This document shows positions 35,271 to 43,012 of a stretch of DNA of 44,720 nucleotides, in pieces. Numbering within the stretch: the first letter of the stretch is position 1; every line of letters begins with the position of its first letter. Both the position numbers and the translations under genes were made by a program. The notes beneath the pieces are model-generated. The model had not been told where the DNA came from, made no database searches, and worked only from the letters and a program-made list of their open reading frames with translations. Source of the stretch: a virus (taxonomy: Duplodnaviria; Caudoviricetes). Location: IMG/VR virus record IMGVR_UViG_3300037445_000060, positions 1 to 44,720 of that record. The stretch is one strand, 5' to 3'.

Positions 35271-35503
35271 GAGCACAGCTCCGCTTCCGCGAGGCTGAGC
35301 CGCGCGGCGAGGTCGGCCGCGGCCGTCTCGCTCCAGCACTCGATGTGCGGCCCGGGGCAGCAGTCGTACACGCCGTACGGGTCGACGACCGTGCCGAAAC
35401 CGTCCCCCGAGCTGTGCTTGCTCACGTCGTCCTGCTGCTCGCACACCGGCGCGACGCCGGTCATGCTCTCGCTGTCCGTGAAGATCACCCGCCAGGCCGT
35501 CAT
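35267..35503 (-). CDS. Hypothetical protein
   Basis: 78 aa from MTAWRVIF; ATGA overlap. Confidence 0.68.
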   Translation of the reverse strand: MTAWRVIFTDSESMTGVAPVCEQQDDVSKHSSGDGFGTVVDPYGVYDCCPGPHIECWSETAAADLAARLSLAEAELCS

Positions 35504-35835
35504 GCCTTCACCCCCCGTAGCTCCCAGCGGCCGCCCTTGCGCGCGTACCGCACGTAGAGCGCCGGGTCCTCGGCCTTGAGCTTCTTGGTGTCGAGGGACC
35601 AGCTCTCGATGTAGGACAGCCGCAGCGCCTGCGGGAGGGCCTCGTGCGCGACCTCGATCTTCAGGGCGTTCGGGGCCTGGGCCTGCAGCTCGGCGCGGAT
35701 GCCCGCCTTGACCAGGTCGAGGCGCTCGGCGAGCTCGTCGGCCTGCGGCTTGAGGTGGGCGTACGTGGCGAGGAGGTCTTCCAGGCGGCTGCCCGGCTCG
35801 ACCTGGGCGCGGGCGAGCGGCGGGGTGGTGGTCAT
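35500..35835 (-). CDS. Hypothetical coiled-coil protein
   Basis: 111 aa; LDTKKLKAEDPALY motif common in phage recombination regions. Confidence 0.72.
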   Translation of the reverse strand: MTTTPPLARAQVEPGSRLEDLLATYAHLKPQADELAERLDLVKAGIRAELQAQAPNALKIEVAHEALPQALRLSYIESWSLDTKKLKAEDPALYVRYARKGGRWELRGVKA

Positions 35836-36602
35836 GCTGCTTCTCCCAGTTCATCGGCGGCGATCGAGCAGAGGACCGAGCACTCGAAGTCCGGCTCATC
35901 GGCATGCCGGCCGCGGTTCGGGTCAAGGTGGATCAGGGGCAGAGGCCTGCTGGGCTGGTCGGCTGCGGGCTTTTCGCGGAGGACGGTCGCGCCGATGCGC
36001 TGCTCGAGCTCAGCCATGCGGGCGAACACGCCAGGAAAGTCACGGCGGATCTTGTTCCAGTAGCCGATGCCACCCTTGACGCAGCCGATGCAGTTGTTGT
36101 TTCGGTAGCCGTGCCGGTACATCCACGGCAGGGCGATGCCGAGCGTGTCGAGGATGCCCAGGCAGTCGTCTTTGGTGAGTCCGCGCTCGATGAGCGGCGT
36201 GGACAGGTTGACCTCGACGTTCTGCTCGCGGAAGCGGTCTGCGCGTTGGACCTCGCGGGAGTCGGCGGTGAAGCCGAACACCTGGACGTCGTCGGGCTGC
36301 TGGAAGGCGAAGCGGATCTTCTTCTTCAGCTCGCCCGTGCAGCGCGCACCGGCGGGCCCGACGAGGTATCGCGTCTGCTCCCAGACCTGCCAGGTGTCCT
36401 GGTACCGGTCGGACCGCAGTTCGACGATCGGGTGGCCGAACCACCGCTCAACCTCGGCGCGGAAGCGGACGTTATCCGGGTGCTCGGCGCCGGTCTCGGT
36501 GCGCGCGATGATGACGTTGTCGTGCCCGTGTTCGGCCAAGGTGAGCTTGGCGGCGACCGCGCTAGCCGCGCCATCCGAGTACCAGACGATGATTCGGCTC
36601 AT
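35832..36602 (-). CDS. PAPS-reductase-like (adenine nucleotide alpha-hydrolase superfamily) protein
   Basis: 256 aa from MSRIIVWYSDGAASAVA (PP-loop-like), EHPDNVRF, CTGELKK, NNNCIGCVKGG, ECSVLC. Confidence 0.8.
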   Translation of the reverse strand: MSRIIVWYSDGAASAVAAKLTLAEHGHDNVIIARTETGAEHPDNVRFRAEVERWFGHPIVELRSDRYQDTWQVWEQTRYLVGPAGARCTGELKKKIRFAFQQPDDVQVFGFTADSREVQRADRFREQNVEVNLSTPLIERGLTKDDCLGILDTLGIALPWMYRHGYRNNNCIGCVKGGIGYWNKIRRDFPGVFARMAELEQRIGATVLREKPAADQPSRPLPLIHLDPNRGRHADEPDFECSVLCSIAADELGEAA

Positions 36603-36874
36603 GGGGTGTACTCCAGCTCGGGCAGGTCGAACCCCTGCGGCCAGCCGGGCAGGATCGGGGTGACGTGCTCGGCGTTGCCGCACGCATCCACGCCGATCTC
36701 CAGGCCGTAGATCTCGACGACCTCGACGGCGGCGTGCGAGCCGGCAACCCAGACGGTGCCCGGGGCCCGCTGGTCGTCCAGCAGTTCACCGACGCGCGCG
36801 AGAATCTTTTCCGCCTTCTTGGCGGGCACCTTGAGCTCGGCCAGCAGCTCGCGCACCTCGTCGAGGGCCGTCAC
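36599..36874 (-). CDS. Hypothetical protein
   Basis: 91 aa, overlapping start/stop at both ends. Confidence 0.68.
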   Translation of the reverse strand: MTALDEVRELLAELKVPAKKAEKILARVGELLDDQRAPGTVWVAGSHAAVEVVEIYGLEIGVDACGNAEHVTPILPGWPQGFDLPELEYTP

Positions 36875-37173
36875 AACTTCACCGTCCGCAGCTTCTGCCG
36901 CGCCTCGGCCCGGCTGTGGACGCCGAGCCTGCGGTACAGCGCGGACGCCTGGGTCTTGACGGTGTTGTGGGAGAGGTGCACCTCTCGGGCGATCTCGGTG
37001 AGCCGCAGCGGGCCGCGCACGTACGGGATCAGGCGCCGCTCAGCGTCGGTGAACGTGGGCCCGGCGCCCTCCCGCTGCAGGGTGGCGATGTCGGCGAGCA
37101 GGTCGTCCAACGCGGCGCTGAGGGCCTCGGCCCTTGCGAGCAGTTCAAGGTGCAGGTCGGTCGTCGTCGTCAT
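36871..37173 (-). CDS. Stand-alone LuxR-type HTH protein
   Basis: FTDAERRLI...EIAREVHLSHNTVKTQASALYRRLGVHSRAEA. Confidence 0.85.
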   Translation of the reverse strand: MTTTTDLHLELLARAEALSAALDDLLADIATLQREGAGPTFTDAERRLIPYVRGPLRLTEIAREVHLSHNTVKTQASALYRRLGVHSRAEARQKLRTVKL

Positions 37174-37487
37174 GCCGACACCAGCTCTCGTGGGATCACG
37201 ACGGTCGGCGAGTCGTCGCCGGCGGCGTGCGAGGTCGGGTGCTCGTCGCGGACGACCGCCATGCCGGTCGCGGCCCAGCGCGCGGAACGGCGGGAGATCT
37301 CGCCCCGGCGCGTGCCCTGCGGGGTGGCGTGGTGGCGGACCTCGCCCGGCATCGCGCGCGGCGCACGGCGCGGCCTGTGGTGCTGGCCGAGCGGGCGCGC
37401 GGCCGCGGCGACGAGCAGCGCGAAGAGAACCGCGACCGGCACGGTGGCCAGGCGGATGAGCAGCGTGTGCGAGGCGATGAAGGCCAT
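37170..37487 (-). CDS. Hypothetical membrane protein
   Basis: 105 aa from MAFIASH; N-terminal TM segment; coupled at both ends. Confidence 0.6.
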   Translation of the reverse strand: MAFIASHTLLIRLATVPVAVLFALLVAAAARPLGQHHRPRRAPRAMPGEVRHHATPQGTRRGEISRRSARWAATGMAVVRDEHPTSHAAGDDSPTVVIPRELVSA

Positions 37488-37726
37488 CAGCGGCCACCGC
37501 CCCGGCGCTGCGCCATCGCGCGTACGATCTCGCTGAACTGGACGTCGACGGCCTGCTGCTCGACCCACCGGGCGTACGACCGCCACCGGTTGCGCTGCTT
37601 GCGAACCTTGCCCAGCTTCCGGTCGTTGCGAAGTTTCTGCTTGCGCAGGGCGATCACGACGATCGTGGCGTAGGCGGCGAAGAGGGCGAGGCCGAAGACG
37701 GCGACCTGCCAGAGCGGGACCATCAC
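37487..37726 (-). CDS. Hypothetical membrane protein
   Basis: 79 aa, N-terminal TM segment, basic tail. Confidence 0.68.
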   Translation of the reverse strand: MMVPLWQVAVFGLALFAAYATIVVIALRKQKLRNDRKLGKVRKQRNRWRSYARWVEQQAVDVQFSEIVRAMAQRRGGGR

Positions 37727-37824
37727 CGGAGGACCCCCTTGTGCGCGAGGATCACGACGATCATGGCGGCGCTGGCCAGGGAGACCCAGAAGGCGAAGCG
37801 CAGGAAGCGGAGGAAGTCGCGCAT
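37723..37824 (-). CDS. Small single-TM peptide
   Basis: 33 aa MRDFLRFLRFAFWVSLASAAMIVVILAHKGVLR; TGATG-coupled. Confidence 0.55.
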   Translation of the reverse strand: MRDFLRFLRFAFWVSLASAAMIVVILAHKGVLR

Positions 37825-38171
37825 CACGCCACCGCCGCTAGCGCGCGCAGGCTCGACAGGTCGTCGCCCAGCGGCTGAGGCACAGGCTCGACCGGCACGT
37901 AGGCCATCAGGAACACGGACAGGCCGTGCCACGAGTTGTATCCGTGCGCGCTGTGCTGCACGACGCCGACGCGGTGGGACTGCGGCGGGTCGATCTCGGC
38001 ACCGAGCGCGGCAGCCCAGGCAGCCAGGGCGGCCGCGTCATCGAAGTGAAGGGTGACGATCTCGTTCTTGGCCTGCGCGTTGAAGTCGATGCTCTTTGGG
38101 TCCGGCAGACCTGCGTCGGCCATCAAGACGATGAGCGCGGCCCAGGCCTGGCGCCTGCCGATCGCGCTCAC
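37824..38171 (-). CDS. Hypothetical protein
   Basis: GTG start overlapping the upstream stop (GTGA), 115 aa. Confidence 0.65.
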   Translation of the reverse strand: MSAIGRRQAWAALIVLMADAGLPDPKSIDFNAQAKNEIVTLHFDDAAALAAWAAALGAEIDPPQSHRVGVVQHSAHGYNSWHGLSVFLMAYVPVEPVPQPLGDDLSSLRALAAVA

Positions 38172-38494
38172 CAGGCCACCGCCGCCCACTGCTCGGCTGG
38201 GATGCGCGCGGTGGCGGGGTCGAACGCGTCGAGGTGCACGACGCCGCGGCCCCGCAGCGTCGTCACGACGCACGCCCAGCTGTTGCCGTGCGCGACGTGG
38301 CAGTCCGACTGGGTGCACTCCTCGCGCCTCTCGACCAGCAGCCAGGCGTCACCCGACGTGGTGTCGACCTTGAGGTACCAGCCGGCCTGAATGAGGCCGT
38401 GGCGCGTCGGAACGGGGTCGGTGAAGTGCTGCTCCAGGTCGTCGGCCGGGTGCGTCGTGTCGCGCTCGGCGTCGATGTCCGGTACGTTCTCCAT
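38168..38494 (-). CDS. Hypothetical protein
   Basis: 108 aa, GGAGGAG upstream. Confidence 0.7.
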   Translation of the reverse strand: MENVPDIDAERDTTHPADDLEQHFTDPVPTRHGLIQAGWYLKVDTTSGDAWLLVERREECTQSDCHVAHGNSWACVVTTLRGRGVVHLDAFDPATARIPAEQWAAVAW

Positions 38495-38518
38495 CAGGGA
38501 GTTGCTCCTCCCGATCTG

Positions 38519-38553
38519 GAGGGCTTGTCGCGGTTGCGTCGCGGCCAGCCCTC
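38519..38553. terminator. Imperfect hairpin downstream of xis
   Basis: GAGGGCT...AGCCCTC outer stem with an imperfect inner stem in a 74-bp intergenic gap. Confidence 0.35.
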
Positions 38554-38568
38554 GTTCTGTTTGGTGGG

Positions 38569-38778
38569 CTAGGCCTTGGCGGCGGACTCGCCGCGCTTGA
38601 GGAAGGCCACGTAGGCGTCCTCCGTGATCCGGACGCGCGGCCGCTTGCCGGTGCCGACGGGAACCGTCGCGATGAGGCGCTGCTCGACGAGCCGGTACGC
38701 GGAGCGGCGCGAGATGCGCAGGCGCTCGGCGAGCTCGGGGATCGACATGGCGGCGACCGCGGGGGGCCGGGCGTTCAT
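38569..38778 (-). CDS. xis: Excisionase-family HTH protein
   Basis: 69 aa, MSIPELAERLRISRRSAYRLV...RVRI winged-HTH pattern; directly after cro. Confidence 0.8.
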   Translation of the reverse strand: MNARPPAVAAMSIPELAERLRISRRSAYRLVEQRLIATVPVGTGKRPRVRITEDAYVAFLKRGESAAKA

Positions 38779-39011
38779 GCCGTCACCGCCGCGCTGTCGC
38801 GGGTGAAGAGACGCTCGTACGCGAGGGGCCCGAAGGCCTTCACGCACGCGTCGATGAAGGCCACGCCGGGGCTGGCGGTGCCGGAGCGCACCTTGCTGAT
38901 GGTCGACTGCGAGAGGCCGAGGCCCTCGGCGCGCTCCTTGTCCGTGGCCCAGCCCCGCTCGGTGGTCATGGCGTCGAACTCGTCGAGCCGGAGAGCAACG
39001 GTTGCGGGCAT
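38775..39011 (-). CDS. Cro-like HTH regulator (leaderless)
   Basis: 78 aa from MPATVAL; RAEGLGLSQSTISKVRSG; TACCGT -10 lies 7 nt upstream of ATG; divergent from the repressor. Confidence 0.82.
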   Translation of the reverse strand: MPATVALRLDEFDAMTTERGWATDKERAEGLGLSQSTISKVRSGTASPGVAFIDACVKAFGPLAYERLFTRDSAAVTA

Positions 39012-39233
39012 GAAAGTCACGGTAGCACTTGCTTGCGCGAAAGCAAGTGATGCCAAGATAGTCATGGACTCCGATGGCGCGGAGGCCCTACAGTTGCACG
39101 CAGGAAACCGCGAAGGGACGTTGCCGTGTCAACGCATCCACCTGACAACCGCCCCTGGCCTGGGTATCTACTTGCTCGCGTGCGAGTGACCGGGGGGCCT
39201 GAAATGTCTAGCCTGAGTTGCATGCCCGCAACT
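39000..39233. promoter_or_regulatory. Immunity switch: divergent leaderless promoters and five operator-like palindromes
   Basis: nnTTGC-N6-GCAAnn-like sites at 39000, 39031, 39092, 39170, 39216; -10 hexamers TACCGT (39019-39024, minus) and TAGCCT (39209-39214, plus). Confidence 0.75.
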
Positions 39234-39686
39234 GGCTGGGACGTGGAGCAAGCCGCCCCGTTTACCGAGTACTTGCGTAGCCTCATGCGCGAGGCGGGCA
39301 TCGCCGACTTCGCCGAGCTGTCGCGGCTCACCGGGGTCAACCAGACGCAGTTCTCGAACTGGACACGGGGCAAGAGCCGGCCGAGCCGGGAGAACCTCAA
39401 GAAGATCGCGCCCGCGCTCGGCCTGGCGCGGCCGCTCATGCTCTATCTGGCCGCCGGCCTCGACGAGCCGGGCGACCACGAGCTGGAGCGGGCGCCCGAC
39501 TTCGCGGTGCTGCCCCGGCCGCTGCAGGAGCTCTACGAGCTGTACGGCAGGTTCGCAGCCCTCGGGCAGACCGACAAGGTGCTGTCGGCCATACAGCTCG
39601 TACTGCCCGGCCTGAAGGCTGAGCTGGCAGAGGTTGAGCGGATTCACGCGACTCGTACGAACGTACGACGACGTCGAACCGCTTGA
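39222..39686 (+). CDS. Immunity repressor, XRE-family HTH (leaderless)
   Basis: FAELSRLTGVNQTQFSNWTRGKSRPSRENLKKIAPALG; ATG 39222 lies 7 nt after TAGCCT. Confidence 0.88.
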   Translation: MPATGWDVEQAAPFTEYLRSLMREAGIADFAELSRLTGVNQTQFSNWTRGKSRPSRENLKKIAPALGLARPLMLYLAAGLDEPGDHELERAPDFAVLPRPLQELYELYGRFAALGQTDKVLSAIQLVLPGLKAELAEVERIHATRTNVRRRRTA

Positions 39687-39745
39687 CCCAGTCGGGGGTC
39701 GCACACACAGTCCGTTCATGGTCACTCTCGGCCATCACGGAGATC

Positions 39746-39763
39746 GTTTGCTTGTATGCAAGT
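39746..39763. promoter_or_regulatory. Sixth operator-like palindrome upstream of the membrane protein/integrase genes
   Basis: GTTTGC-ttgtat-GCAAGT. Confidence 0.6.
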
Positions 39764-39856
39764 GGCAGGCGGGTTAACGATGGGGCACCTGGGATTAGCG
39801 AGGTGTCATCGACTAAGGCAGGAGCCGACGACGCCCTCCGAACATGGAGGTCACAC

Positions 39857-40387
39857 ATGACTGACGTCTACAAGCGCGTCATGCTCGGCAGCGCCGTCAT
39901 CGGTGGCGCCACCGGCGCCGTCTACTTCACTGCCTCGACCGGGGCCTACCTCGACGGCGCCGGGCGCCTCGAGATCGCTCCACCGGTCAACATCTTCTCA
40001 ATCATTATCATCACTTGCTGCGTCATCATCGCCGGCGGCGCTTGGCTCTTCCGCCGTGGCCACGCCGACGCCGCGGAGCGCCATCTCCGGCCTGTCGTGC
40101 GCGGCGAGGTCGAGCGCGCCCTTGCGGACTCCCTGCCGCTGGTCGTCGCCACCGTCGCGGAGGCCGTGGCGAAACGCGTGGAGCCCGCTCTGCACACGGT
40201 GGCCACCGGCGCCGCCAACCGCACCGCCGCGGTGCTGCGCGAGGCGGTCACCGCCGACATCACCGAGATCGTCAATGGCGTGTACCGGCGCGGCCAGGTC
40301 TCCGGCGCCATCATGCACTCGCAGGCGACCGGCAAACCGCCGCTGCGTCCGGTGCGGCAGTGGGTGAGCACCTCCGAAGGAGACTGA
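39857..40387 (+). CDS. Two-TM membrane protein between repressor and integrase
   Basis: 176 aa from MTDVYKRV, GGAGG RBS, two hydrophobic segments followed by an Ala/Val-rich helical tail. Confidence 0.75.
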   Translation: MTDVYKRVMLGSAVIGGATGAVYFTASTGAYLDGAGRLEIAPPVNIFSIIIITCCVIIAGGAWLFRRGHADAAERHLRPVVRGEVERALADSLPLVVATVAEAVAKRVEPALHTVATGAANRTAAVLREAVTADITEIVNGVYRRGQVSGAIMHSQATGKPPLRPVRQWVSTSEGD

Positions 40388-40389
40388 CG

Positions 40390-41655
40390 TTGGCGTACAT
40401 CCGCCAGCTACCGTCCGGGCTGTGGGCGGCGACCGTCCGCGTCCCGCCCACCCCGGAACGGCCGTCCGGCCGCATCACCGAGAGCTTCCGCCTCGAAAGC
40501 CAGGCCCGCGACTGGGCCGACGATGTACGCGCCGAGGTGCGCGCCGGCGACTGGATCGACCCGATCAAGGCGCAGGCCAAGATCGGCGAACTGTGGCCGC
40601 GCATCCGGGAGGCCCGGGAGTATCTCGAGCTGGCCAGCCGCAGGCGGGACGACTCGCTGTGGCGCAACCACGTCGGGCCGTACTGGGGCCCACATGAGGT
40701 TGGCAAGCTGCTGCGGCCCGCGGTGCAGACCTGGGTGAACGCCATGAAGAGCACCCACACCGACGCGTGCCCGCGGCGCGGTTGCCGCGGCCCGTGCGCG
40801 GTCGGCGCGCACACCATCCACGGCGCGGTGTCGCTGCTGTCCGGCATCGCGGTCTTCGCCGTCGACGAGGGGCGCATCCGCCGCAACCCCGTGCACGACC
40901 TGAAGCTACCGCCGCTGCCCCGGCACATCGACCGCGTGCTGGACGGCGACGAGGAGCGGCAGCTGCTCGAGCGGCTCGACGAGGAGTTTCCCCACCGGCC
41001 GGACGCGCGGCCGTTCGTCGAGCTGCTGCTGGAGACGGGCGCGCGGTGGGAGGAAGCCGCCGCGCTCATGCCGGAGGCCTTCGACCGCCGCGGCCGCTTC
41101 GAGGTCCGGGCGGTGGTGGAGTCCGACGGCACGGTCCGGCCGTACCCGAAGACGGTCGCGGGGTTCCGCACGTGCGCGGTCGGCCCGGACCTGTGGGCCC
41201 GGCTGCGCCCGCTCGTCCTCGCGACCGCGCCGGGCGATCCGGTCTTCCGGGCGCCCGGCCGCGCGCACCGGCCCGACTGCGAGGACCGGAGGAAGTGCTC
41301 CGGTTGCAAGGTGCCGTTCCTGCACTACATGAACTGGAGCCGGCGCGTGTGGAAGCGCGCCCTCACGGTGGGGGAGCGGCTGCCGCCGGCGCCGCGGCCG
41401 CCCGGCCGGCCCGGGCCGATGCCGCGGGCGGAGCGGCGGGCGGCGTACCTCGCCGACCCGCAGCCGACGCCGCACGACTGCCGGCACACCTTCGCGACCC
41501 GCCTGGCCGACGAGGGCGTACCCAAGCACGAGATCGGGGCGCTGCTCGGGCACGGCGAGGGCTCGCGCGCGACCAACCGGTACATCCACGCCGGCGACGG
41601 CCGGTTCGACCGCGCGCTGCAGGCGCTCGAGCGGGCCCGCCGGCGGGGTGCCTGA
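40390..41655 (+). CDS. int: Tyrosine integrase
   Basis: TTG start (AYIRQLPSGLW); TGARWEEAAAL (R), PKT (K), HDCRHTFA (HxxR), LLGH, TNRY (Y). Confidence 0.95.
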   Translation: MAYIRQLPSGLWAATVRVPPTPERPSGRITESFRLESQARDWADDVRAEVRAGDWIDPIKAQAKIGELWPRIREAREYLELASRRRDDSLWRNHVGPYWGPHEVGKLLRPAVQTWVNAMKSTHTDACPRRGCRGPCAVGAHTIHGAVSLLSGIAVFAVDEGRIRRNPVHDLKLPPLPRHIDRVLDGDEERQLLERLDEEFPHRPDARPFVELLLETGARWEEAAALMPEAFDRRGRFEVRAVVESDGTVRPYPKTVAGFRTCAVGPDLWARLRPLVLATAPGDPVFRAPGRAHRPDCEDRRKCSGCKVPFLHYMNWSRRVWKRALTVGERLPPAPRPPGRPGPMPRAERRAAYLADPQPTPHDCRHTFATRLADEGVPKHEIGALLGHGEGSRATNRYIHAGDGRFDRALQALERARRRGA

Positions 41656-41682
41656 CACACCAGTGACACACGGAGATCAACG

Positions 41683-41715
41683 ACGAAGGCCCGGGATGAT
41701 CTCCCGGGCCTTCGT
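41683..41715. terminator. Terminator hairpin between int and the tRNA 3' end
   Basis: ACGAAGGCCCGGGA-tgatc-TCCCGGGCCTTCGT, 14-bp perfect stem. Confidence 0.85.
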
Positions 41716-41733
41716 TCTGGCTGGTCAAGCCGG

Positions 41734-41786
41734 TGGAGCCGCCTAACGGAATCGAACCGTTGACCTATTCATTACGAGTGAATCGC
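41734..41786 (-). tRNA. 3' portion only of tRNA-Thr(CGT) (attachment core, not a complete gene)
   Basis: Reverse complement GCG-ATTCA-CT-CGT-AA-TGAAT-AGGTC-AACGG-TTCGATT-CCGTT-AGGCGGC-TCCA: anticodon arm, T arm, CCA; 5' acceptor strand and D arm absent. Confidence 0.88.
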
Positions 41787-42170
41787 AGGCGTTCCGCTGA
41801 CCTGCACATATGTGCCAATCGGCGACCTGGCCTGCGGACTTGCGCGCCAGAAAGTGCCAGAGTGTGCCACAGCGTGCCAAGATCATGACACACGGGCGAC
41901 ACACGGAGATCGACTACCGCATACCGCCAACACCGGTCGCGCGGCCGCCGGCCGCTGCCCCCACAATGGAAGGGCGCCCGGCCGTCGACGGCAGGTGCCG
42001 ACAGCCGGGCGCGCCTATGGCCCCCCTCACGGCGCCCCCTAAGCCCGCGAGTGGACCTCACGTTAGCGGATCACGTCGCGGGCCCGCTGCCCTCAGCCGA
42101 ACGTATGATCGAATCCGGCAAAGAACAGCCCCTATCTATATCGGCGGGCGGCCCGCAGGCGTTACACCCG

Positions 42171-42413
42171 TCACCCGGTGGGGGGACCTGCTCCGGTAGG
42201 AGGCTCGGCGACGTACACGCCGACGCCCGGAAGTGTCTCGGTGAGCCCCTCGCCCTTCAGGATCCGCATCGCGGACCCCACGACGATGTCGGATACCCCG
42301 AACTCCTCGCACAGCTGGGCGCGGCTGGGCAGCTTGGACCCCGGCGGGTAGGTCCCGTCCTGGATCCGCTCCCTGATCGAATCGGCAACTACCTCGTACG
42401 GGTATTTGGGCAT
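42171..42413 (-). CDS. GntR-family winged-HTH-only regulator
   Basis: 80 aa MPKYPYEVVADSIRERIQDGTYPPGSKLPSRAQLCEEFGVS...GVGVYV; GGGGAG RBS. Confidence 0.9.
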   Translation of the reverse strand: MPKYPYEVVADSIRERIQDGTYPPGSKLPSRAQLCEEFGVSDIVVGSAMRILKGEGLTETLPGVGVYVAEPPTGAGPPTG

Positions 42414-42471
42414 GGCTACGCTCCCCGGTTGGCGCGCCAATTCGATCACGGTCTCACCTCCTACGTCCACC

Positions 42472-42496
42472 ACTAGCCCCCTATAGCCACCTATAG
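42472..42496. promoter_or_regulatory. Phased CTATAG repeats, putative GntR operator
   Basis: ACTAG 42472, CTATAG 42481 and 42491, TAG at 10-bp period, between gntR and the divergent gene. Confidence 0.5.
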
Positions 42497-42732
42497 TACC
42501 CTGCGTGTTGCGGAGCCCCCCGGTTGGCACTTGGAGGCTCCCAGCCACCGGAGCGGCTGTCAGGCCGCAGGGCCCGCGCTCCGGTGGCCTCTGCAGGACC
42601 GGCGCGGCGAGCACGGCAGGAGCCGACCCTCCGCAGCACAGGCATTCGAGCTTGCCGCGCCGACCAGAGCCGCTGGTGCGGTCGCTACCGGGCGGTGGCG
42701 GCCGTACCAGCATCCAACCCTGAGGGAGCGCC

Positions 42733-43008
42733 GTGGCTCGCATCGTGATGAACGCCGAGCAGCTCACGCGCAAGCTCGAGCTCGTCGACGGCCGCGCCGT
42801 GGTCGTCTTCCGCCAGGGTGACGACGAGGTCGTCATCGTTCCCCGTGAGCACGACGGATGGCTGTCGATCTGGGCGTTCAGCCCGGCCATGGACAACCTG
42901 GCGGGCCAGTTGAAGATGGTCGAGCTGAACGGCGACTTCCGGCCGGGCGACCTGCCGCCGCAGCCGCTCGAGAGCCCGCTCGGCGGCTGGGCGTCCGGCG
43001 CCTGCTGA
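42733..43008 (+). CDS. Hypothetical protein divergent from gntR
   Basis: 91 aa, GAGGGAG RBS, GTG start. Confidence 0.72.
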   Translation: MARIVMNAEQLTRKLELVDGRAVVVFRQGDDEVVIVPREHDGWLSIWAFSPAMDNLAGQLKMVELNGDFRPGDLPPQPLESPLGGWASGAC

Positions 43009-43012
43009 CCGG

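Larger units (their letters stand above)
41653..41911. mobile_element. attP-like site: tRNA-derived core flanked by arm-type repeats
   Basis: (T/C)GACACAC pairs at 41653/41664 and 41886/41897; GACACACGGAGATC shared by both arms; core 41734-41786; G(T/C)GCCA at 10-bp period 41844-41879. Confidence 0.85.

Noticed and set aside
41734-41810. Complete functional tRNA-Thr gene
   Set aside because: Sequence 5' of the anticodon arm cannot form a D arm or pair with the acceptor strand
41765-42476. ORFs 41810-42199, 41765-42061 and 42051-42476
   Set aside because: They overlap attP arm repeats or run antisense to gntR, lack an RBS and have low-complexity translations
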